The notes under the pieces are model-generated. The model saw only the letters and a program-made list of their open reading frames with translations. It was not told the DNA's origin and made no database searches. Of a stretch of 20,000 bases of DNA, positions 1 through 5,329 are shown in pieces. Location of the stretch: IMG/VR virus record IMGVR_UViG_2822819870_000002, positions 57,657 to 77,656 of that record; one strand, written 5' to 3'. A program made the translations under genes and the position numbers. Each line of letters starts with the position of its first letter. Position 1 is the first letter of the stretch. Source of the DNA: an uncultured virus (IMG/VR IMGVR_UViG_2822819870_000002). Its lineage: Duplodnaviria > Heunggongvirae > Uroviricota > Caudoviricetes.

Positions 1-710
1 TCGCATATTGAAAAGGATTAGTACACCTATAAGTGAAACGTTCTTATGCGAGAATGTCACGGTAATGTATACCGCATAGTAGGGCGGGCAAGGCGGTAAG
101 AACCCGTGTTAAGACGAAGAGACCAATGAATGTATAACAATGACATATTCCAGTGTGGCGGGTGTGGGATAACTCGCATTCGTCATGCTGTTCTTATTAT
201 GTTTAGTGGTCAGCTCAGAGACCGCTATGTCCTCTGGGTTGATAGTGAACATAAACGTTCTTATTCTTTGTTAATACCGTTTCTTGAAAATGGAATGGGG
301 GTGGTTGCTCATGATTGAGTGAGCAATACTTGCTATTCTTGTTGTATACGTAACTTGTAATATCTTATATAGTAATTACTCACGATTTTTACTATTAGGA
401 TAAAACAGGGTGTAAAGGAACTTGTCACTCCTTTACTCTAGATAATAAGACGGATAATTCCCCTGTCCGCGTAAATCCCCATACTAATCTTGTTATCTAG
501 AGTAAGGCAGTGGAAAAACGTAGTACTGTCTTGATATAAATTAAAAAACCTTTATAAGAGAGTTACCCCATAGCTCTCGAGTCCACGGACTTAAAACGAG
601 AAGATTCTTAGTCTTCTCCCAGTCACCGAACGTAAAGCGCGTAGATAATAAGAGCTGAAAAATTACATGATGCGGTGGCTTGGAGAAGGTTGAGAGTACT
701 CAGCCTTGAA
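1..710 (+). ncRNA. Candidate large structured non-coding RNA or leader (probably 5'-truncated by the window edge)
   Basis: About a dozen consecutive hand-checked hairpins, e.g. 151-190 (18 bp, 7 G-U pairs), 197-254, 304-327, 431-507 (20 bp plus inner 451-469), 504-532, 558-578, 611-690 and 686-707. Non-Watson-Crick pairs are mostly G-U on the + strand. No credible ORF with an RBS. Confidence 0.6.
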
Positions 711-790
711 CTAATAGTGAATTTTTCATTTATTTTCCCACATCCTATTTAGGTTTTCTATTTCAAATATACAATTCGTTTATTCAAATA

Positions 791-817
791 AAAGGATATT
801 TATGACTCTTATCGAAT
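791..817 (+). promoter_or_regulatory. sigma-H-like promoter
   Basis: AAAGGATAT (791-799), 11 nt spacer, ATCGAAT (811-817); matches the Bacillus sigma-H consensus RNAGGAWWW-N11/12-RNNGAAT, upstream of RBS GGAGGGG. Confidence 0.6.
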
Positions 818-842
818 AAATTAATTTGGAGGGGATTAGGAG

Positions 843-1211
843 ATGGATAAATATATTTTTGATGAATTATTAAAGTGGGAAAAAAAATTAATAGAAAAGT
901 ATAACGCGATTGTAAAAGTGGAAAGAGAAAGAGAACTTGAATCCTTTACTCTGATGAAGAAAATTGAAATTCTAAAAAAAGTGAGTGAAAAGTTTGAAGG
1001 GGAAAGGAAAAAACTTTTCGTAAGAGCAGAAATCAATCCGCTTCAAGACAGAGAGAAACAATTAGACCAAGAAATTAAAAGCACAAAAGGGATTTATTAT
1101 GAGAATAAGGAAGAAATCGAAATTACCCTTGAATACTTAAGAAAAGAAATCGATAATGATGATGAGAGTCAGCAAATTATTACGGATGATAAAGAGGTAT
1201 TTTTAAAATGA
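843..1211 (+). CDS. Hypothetical charged, coiled-coil-like protein (122 aa), moron-like
   Basis: ORF with strong RBS (GGAGGGG/AGGAG), its own promoter and downstream terminator; very E/K-rich. Confidence 0.8.
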   Translation: MDKYIFDELLKWEKKLIEKYNAIVKVERERELESFTLMKKIEILKKVSEKFEGERKKLFVRAEINPLQDREKQLDQEIKSTKGIYYENKEEIEITLEYLRKEIDNDDESQQIITDDKEVFLK

Positions 1212-1217
1212 AACTAG

Positions 1218-1248
1218 AAAAGCATCCCAAACGGGTGCTTTTTTCTTT
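1218..1248 (+). terminator. Rho-independent terminator
   Basis: AAAAGCATCC-CAAAC-GGGTGCTTTT followed by a T-tract, 6 nt after the stop codon. Confidence 0.85.
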
Positions 1249-1378
1249 GTTATATAGAAATTACATATTAAACATATATTTATACGCGTTGTTACTACAC
1301 GCTAAGGAATAGTAATAAAAAGATGATGCCGATAAAACTATATAAAAACCAAAAGAATCCTAAGATGGGGAATGTTTT

Positions 1379-1579
1379 ATGAAAATTAAGCATGGTAAAC
1401 CTCCTTGGGTATATAAAGGATTATAATACATCGCGAGTCTATTTAGAATACTAACCATGAATTGGATGGAATTAGAAATGGCTAAACCAATAGAAATTAT
1501 ACATTAAAAGTATTTAATGAGTCATCTAGGCATAAAGATAAGCGATCATCATACAATGAAATGGAAGGGTCTTTTCTAA
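1379..1579 (+). pseudogene. Possible decayed small gene (two internal TAA stops)
   Basis: ATG after GGGGAA; frame reads MKIKHGKPPWVYKGL*YIAS...IIH*KYL...KGLF*, followed by a terminator at 1613. No recognisable homology. Confidence 0.2.
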
Positions 1580-1612
1580 CGTGTTAGTTACCTCAAAGTA
1601 TATGTATCTTTT

Positions 1613-1640
1613 GGCGCCTGGGCGAGGGTGCTTTTTTTAT
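1613..1640 (+). terminator. Rho-independent terminator
   Basis: GGCGCCT-GGGCGA-GGGTGCT stem with G-U pairs, followed by a T-tract. Confidence 0.7.
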
Positions 1641-1641
1641 T

Positions 1642-1670
1642 GCACATTATGATAAGGACAAGCATATTAT
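1642..1670 (+). promoter_or_regulatory. sigma-K-like (mother-cell sporulation) promoter
   Basis: GCACA (1642-1646), 16 nt spacer, CATATTAT (1663-1670); matches the sigma-K consensus mACm-N16-CATAnnnT. Confidence 0.55.
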
Positions 1671-1674
1671 GTAG

Positions 1675-1761
1675 TAGGACGAGTTCTTAGTGTCCTATTC
1701 AATGCTCAGGATAAAGCCCAATTCACATTGAGAGCACCCTCGATATTGGTGCTCTCTTTTT
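1675..1761 (+). ncRNA. Candidate ~90-nt small RNA
   Basis: Lies between the sigma-K-like promoter and a perfect terminator; 5' hairpin TAGGACG/TGTCCTA (1675-1697) and CAATG/CATTG stem; no ORF with an RBS. Confidence 0.5.
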
Positions 1762-1764
1762 ATT
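1730..1764 (+). terminator. Rho-independent terminator
   Basis: Perfect 9-bp stem GAGAGCACC (1730-1738) / GGTGCTCTC (1748-1756) followed by TTTTTATT. Confidence 0.85.
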
Positions 1765-1790
1765 GAAAATTATATATAAATACATATAAT
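1763..1790 (+). promoter_or_regulatory. sigma-A-like promoter
   Basis: TTGAAA (1763-1768), 16 nt spacer, TATAAT (1785-1790). Confidence 0.6.
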
Positions 1791-1833
1791 ATGATTGATG
1801 GATTAATATTTCAATCTGAGGGGTACAAATTCG

Positions 1834-2019
1834 ATGCGACGTAAAAAGGGTTTGTTGAAACAATGGAAGGTGGATTTGCAAGCTGTTCAAGAAGAAAAGA
1901 GGATGAAGAAGAAGGCTAGAAAAAAGAAATATAGCATTCCTGGTAATGTAGCGGGATTCATGAATGGAAAGAATACTTATCGTAAAGAGAATGGGGTATG
2001 GAAGCAAAGAAATAAATGA
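1834..2019 (+). CDS. Small highly basic hypothetical protein (61 aa)
   Basis: RBS GAGGGG at 1818-1823, upstream promoter, downstream hairpin; K/R-rich. Confidence 0.7.
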   Translation: MRRKKGLLKQWKVDLQAVQEEKRMKKKARKKKYSIPGNVAGFMNGKNTYRKENGVWKQRNK

Positions 2020-2062
2020 CGTGATGGTAAATAAGGTTCATTCGATTTATAGTAATTATCGT

Positions 2063-2100
2063 AGGCGCTACCTTGATTTTGGTGGCGTCTTGTTTGTTGT
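2063..2100 (+). terminator. Probable Rho-independent terminator
   Basis: 10-bp stem AGGCGCTACC/GGTGGCGTCT (2 G-U pairs) followed by TGTTTGTTGT. Confidence 0.6.
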
Positions 2101-2126
2101 TAAGGAAAGATAAGGGGTGAGGGTTG

Positions 2127-2243
2127 ATGTTGATATATGTAGAGTTTATTTTGTGTCCAATCTTCGAAAAGGTCGTTCCACTAATAAAATCGCAGGTATT
2201 GAATCGTAAGCCGATGCTTATTAGAGCTAGGACTACTTGTTAG
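2127..2243 (+). CDS. Possible small ORF (38 aa) or gene remnant
   Basis: AAGGGGTGA RBS-like motif, then ATG; MLIYVEFILCPIFEKVVPLIKSQVLNRKPMLIRARTTC*. A second RBS-like GGGGTGA at 2243-2249 precedes an ATA-starting 25-codon remnant. Confidence 0.3.
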   Translation: MLIYVEFILCPIFEKVVPLIKSQVLNRKPMLIRARTTC

Positions 2244-2373
2244 GGGTGAGAGGATAAAGAATAAAATTGAAGGTTTCATCGATGAAGTTATTTATTACAT
2301 CCTACTTATGATTGAAGGATTTAGGCGCTAACCCTAACAAAACAAACGAACACAACGAACGAAAAGTAAGCAT

Positions 2374-2465
2374 AAAATAAAAGCCTTGTCGTTCGCTATA
2401 ACCTACTAGGTAGAAAGCGAATAACAAGACAATATACAGGTTGTGAGAGGTAATTCTCATTCACG
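2374..2465 (-). ncRNA. Candidate ~92-nt minus-strand small RNA
   Basis: Minus-strand extended -10 TGA-TATAAT (2472-2480) with TATACA -35 (2495-2500, 17 nt spacer). 15-bp terminal hairpin 2383-2397/2416-2430 with two G-U pairs on the minus strand and a U-tail (A-tract 2374-2382). No ORF. Confidence 0.5.
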
Positions 2466-2536
2466 ATTGAAATTATATCATGAAATTTAAATGTTGTATA
2501 AGGAATGTTAAAATTTCTAAGCGAAAATATAGATAG

Positions 2537-2700
2537 TTAAACGTCCTGATTAGGTCTACTCTTTCGGTACTTATTTTGTTCACATTTCAGACATAATTAA
2601 AACCCTTATTATATAACTCTCTTAACGTCCTGTTTACATGTACGGAAAAACAATGGTATTATTGGCTTATAGTTAATTTCCGGACACTTATACGGACGAA
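2537..2700. promoter_or_regulatory. Putative res-like site of the serine recombinase, overlapping its promoter
   Basis: Repeated half-sites AACGTCCTG (2540-2548, 2624-2632) and opposed CGGTAC (2565), CAGACA (2588), TACGGA (2641), CGGACA (2681), CGGACG (2693). Promoter TTTACA (2633-2638), 18 nt, TGG-TATTAT (2654-2662) lies within. Confidence 0.6.
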
Positions 2701-2713
2701 GGAGAGATATGAG

Positions 2714-3298
2714 ATGATTCTTGGGTATGCTCGCGTATCTACACAGGAACAAAACTTAGCAAGACAACTCAAACAGTTAAATGATTATGGATGTGATTAT
2801 ATATTTGAGGAGAAAACGAGTGGGGCGACAACCGATAGATCAGAATTACTACGCATGTTGGATAATTTGTGTGAAAGTGATATAGTCGTCGTTACAGATT
2901 TAACTCGAATTAGTAGGAGTACTCAAGATTTATTCAAGCTTATAGAAACAATTAAAGGAAAAGGTGCATCGATTAAATCGATAAAAGATACTTGGTTAGA
3001 TACAACAAGTGAAAATCCATACAGCACTTTCCTACTTACTGTCATGGCTGGTGTTAATCAGTTAGAGCGTGACCTGATTCGAATGCGACAAAGAGAGGGG
3101 ATTGAACTAGCCAAAGAACGTGGTGTTTATAAAGGGCGCCCTAAGAAATATGACGATGATAATCCTAATATGGAACATGCTTTAGATTTGCTTGCGAATC
3201 GAGAGACGAATAAGTTTACAGTAAAAAAGATATGTGAAGTTACTGGTGTAAGTCGTACAGTTCTTTATGAGAGAGCGAAAGAACAAGGTTTGTTATAA
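2714..3298 (+). CDS. Small serine recombinase (resolvase/invertase family, 194 aa)
   Basis: GYARVST catalytic Ser motif, DxVVVTDLTRISRS, RQREGI..AK..G.YKGRP and a C-terminal HTH (VKKICEVTGVSRTVLY); RBS GAAGGAGA. Confidence 0.95.
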   Translation: MILGYARVSTQEQNLARQLKQLNDYGCDYIFEEKTSGATTDRSELLRMLDNLCESDIVVVTDLTRISRSTQDLFKLIETIKGKGASIKSIKDTWLDTTSENPYSTFLLTVMAGVNQLERDLIRMRQREGIELAKERGVYKGRPKKYDDDNPNMEHALDLLANRETNKFTVKKICEVTGVSRTVLYERAKEQGLL

Positions 3299-3371
3299 AA
3301 AAGTATGAAACCTTTCTAAATTAGCCTCTTTTATTTTGTATAATGAATCTAATTAGAAAGGGGATGTAGAG

Positions 3372-3686
3372 ATGAAGAAGTTGGATCGTTTTACTAAACC
3401 GTATTTCGAAACAAGAGGAGATAAAGAAAATGGAGTATATGAAGTAATAAGATATAAAAATGATGAATTTATTCTATTTAAAGAAAAATTCGATTCATTA
3501 AAAAAAGCTAGGATGTTTATTTATCGATATGCTTTTAATAATCCAGAATGGCTAAATGTAAACGGTGATATAAGCGAGTTCAACTTCAAAGATGGTAGAG
3601 ATGAGCAAGACAATAAGTGGCATGATAATGTAAGCGAAAAAGTTTATAAAAAGAAATATAAAGACTTTAAAGATTGGAAGAAATGA
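3372..3686 (+). CDS. Hypothetical protein (104 aa), moron-like
   Basis: RBS GAAAGGGG, TATAAT at 3339-3344, terminator overlapping the stop codon. Confidence 0.8.
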   Translation: MKKLDRFTKPYFETRGDKENGVYEVIRYKNDEFILFKEKFDSLKKARMFIYRYAFNNPEWLNVNGDISEFNFKDGRDEQDNKWHDNVSEKVYKKKYKDFKDWKK

Positions 3687-3748
3687 AAGTAGCGAATCCG
3701 CTGCTTTTTTATTTTGCATAGAAAAAGGAACCCTGAAGGATCCCTTTT
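3686..3748. terminator. Back-to-back double terminator, repeat copy 1
   Basis: + strand AAAGTAGCG-AATC-CGCTGCTTT plus T-tract; - strand GGGATCC-TTCA-GGGTTCC plus T5. Lies between convergent genes. Confidence 0.85.
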
Positions 3749-3751
3749 ACA

Positions 3752-3973
3752 TTACGCAGTCTTATAATTTTTATTTTTAATCCTATTCTTAGTATCCATA
3801 AATGTGGCGAATGTCGCTATAGTGCCACCTAAATAATAGACTTGGAATTTGTGGTCAAAAGCTAATCCTGTAATGAAATTGTAGCCGTATATAAAACATG
3901 TAATACCGAATAACCATAACATGAACTTTAAATCTTTTAAGCTCAATCTATAATTCTTAATTTTTTTCCACAT
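3752..3973 (-). CDS. Small two-helix membrane protein (73 aa)
   Basis: Start adjusted to ATG 3973 (RBS AGGAG on the minus strand, 3983-3987); two hydrophobic segments and a basic C-tail KNKNYKTA. Confidence 0.75.
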   Translation of the reverse strand: MWKKIKNYRLSLKDLKFMLWLFGITCFIYGYNFITGLAFDHKFQVYYLGGTIATFATFMDTKNRIKNKNYKTA

Positions 3974-3991
3974 ATGTATCAACTCCTATTG

Positions 3992-4189
3992 TTATGAGGT
4001 TCTATAGTTTTTCTTGATGATATTTCGCATGTCTACGATAAAGAATAGAAGGAAGATAACGGATGCGATGCCATTAATCCAGTAGTATGTGCGCCCTGTT
4101 GTGAATCCGTTATAGAAGGAATAGGCATTCCAAATTACAAGAAGTACTGAACAGACAGTAGAGATCAATAATGAACTAAAATTTCTCAT
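3992..4189 (-). CDS. Small two-helix membrane protein (65 aa), probable paralog of the neighbouring gene
   Basis: Start adjusted to ATG 4189 (RBS GAGGTG, 4196-4201 minus); two hydrophobic segments and C-tail IIKKNYRTS. Confidence 0.75.
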   Translation of the reverse strand: MRNFSSLLISTVCSVLLVIWNAYSFYNGFTTGRTYYWINGIASVIFLLFFIVDMRNIIKKNYRTS

Positions 4190-4296
4190 GATTTTCACCT
4201 CGATTCAAAATGTTAGAACTTATTTATAATTTTATATATTTATAGATAGATTTAAAATGATTGGATGTAATAAGATAATTTAAAGCAATTACTGTT

Positions 4297-4320
4297 AGGT
4301 GGGGGAATATGGCTAGGTAG
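4297..4320 (+). other. RBS plus 3-codon minigene (Met-Ala-Arg-stop), probable gene remnant
   Basis: AGGTGGGGG (4297-4305), then ATG GCT AGG TAG (4309-4320); the stop overlaps the repeat terminator. Confidence 0.35.
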
Positions 4321-4378
4321 CTAATCTGCTGCTTTTTTATTTTGTATAGAAAAAAGGAATCCCGAAAGATCCCTTTTT
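4317..4378. repeat. Back-to-back double terminator, repeat copy 2 (direct repeat of 3689-3748)
   Basis: GTAGCTAATCTGCTGCTTTTTTATTTTGTATAGAAAAAAGGAATCCCGAAAGATCCCTTTT versus GTAGCGAATCCGCTGCTTTTTTATTTTGCATAGAAAAAGGAACCCTGAAGGATCCCTTTT. Confidence 0.85.
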
Positions 4379-4531
4379 CTAATTCCGATATATCGTAATC
4401 GCACATAAGTAAAGACGTTAAATATTATATAACAATAAAACAATACAAACAATAAGTATTTTAAGATTTACCATAAGGGGTAGTTATAACGAGTTTCTTC
4501 CTATTATATAGAAGGTGGTGGGTGATATGAA

Positions 4532-5329
4532 GTGAAACAAAAACACAAGTTAGCTCAAGAAGATTACATGCAAGGTATGAAGTATAAGGAACTGGCTGAG
4601 AAATATGAGGTTAGTATTAACACAATTAAATCCTGGAGAAAAAGGCATGGCTGGAATCGAAAAGGGGTGCACCTAAAAGACGAAAAAGGATGCACCCAAA
4701 CCAAGAAAACAGGTGCACCCATTGGGAATAAGAATGCAGTGGGTAATCCGGGAAACAAGAATCCTAAGTATGGGAACAAGAATGCAGTAGGGCATGGCCC
4801 GCCAAAAGGGAACCATAACGCTATGACGCATGGATTGTTTAGGAAGATAATCCCGAGTGACGATCCGCATGCAATGGAATTGCTAGATGAAATACAAAAT
4901 CATACTGAATTAGATATGCTATTCCACTCTATTCAACTGCAATACTTCAATATCCTTAATTCACAACGTATTATGCATGTTCGCAGTCAAAACGATATGT
5001 CAAAAGAGATGATTAGCGAATCACTGAATGGAGACGCGTACACAGTGCAGTTTGCATGGGATAAACAAGCTAATTTACTTACAGCTTATTCACGCGCTAT
5101 GACAGCGTTATCCTCTATGATTGAGAGGTTCAATAAGTTAGCAAATGCTGATGATGAGAGACGATTGAAGTTAGAGCAGATGAAAGTTAACATTGAAAAA
5201 ACGAAAGCTGACACTGCTCGTATTAAGGGAGAAGATGGCGAAGAGTATGAAGACGATGGTTTCAAAGAGGCGCTAAAAGGAAAGGTAGAGGAAGTGTGGG
5301 ATGACCATGACGACGATTCCGAAGCGTAA
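4532..5329 (+). CDS. terS: Terminase small subunit (YqaS/XtmA-like)
   Basis: N-terminal HTH (KYKELAEKYEVSINTIKSWRKRHGW), GAPxGNKNA repeats, acidic C-terminus; directly upstream of terL; GTG start with RBS. Confidence 0.9.
   Translation: MKQKHKLAQEDYMQGMKYKELAEKYEVSINTIKSWRKRHGWNRKGVHLKDEKGCTQTKKTGAPIGNKNAVGNPGNKNPKYGNKNAVGHGPPKGNHNAMTHGLFRKIIPSDDPHAMELLDEIQNHTELDMLFHSIQLQYFNILNSQRIMHVRSQNDMSKEMISESLNGDAYTVQFAWDKQANLLTAYSRAMTALSSMIERFNKLANADDERRLKLEQMKVNIEKTKADTARIKGEDGEEYEDDGFKEALKGKVEEVWDDHDDDSEA

Noticed and set aside
130..318. 62-aa ORF in the ORF track
   Set aside because: No RBS and atypical composition; it runs through long G-U-rich hairpins that are better explained as RNA structure.
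1..710. tRNA, T-box or known riboswitch in the structured region
   Set aside because: No TTCGA T-loop, cloverleaf, T-box core or riboswitch consensus that I can recognise.
1723..2007. 94-aa minus-strand ORF (also 836-1036)
   Set aside because: Antisense shadows of well-supported + strand genes; no RBS.
2714..3298. DNA invertase / tail-fibre shufflon
   Set aside because: No inverted pair of recombination sites flanking a segment is visible, and the gene is far from the tail genes. It cannot be excluded outside the window.
3686..4378. CRISPR array or IS ends as the explanation of the repeat
   Set aside because: Only two direct copies ~630 bp apart, shaped as terminators; no spacers, cas genes or transposase.
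4224..4406. 60-aa minus-strand ORF
   Set aside because: No RBS, and it crosses a same-strand terminator.
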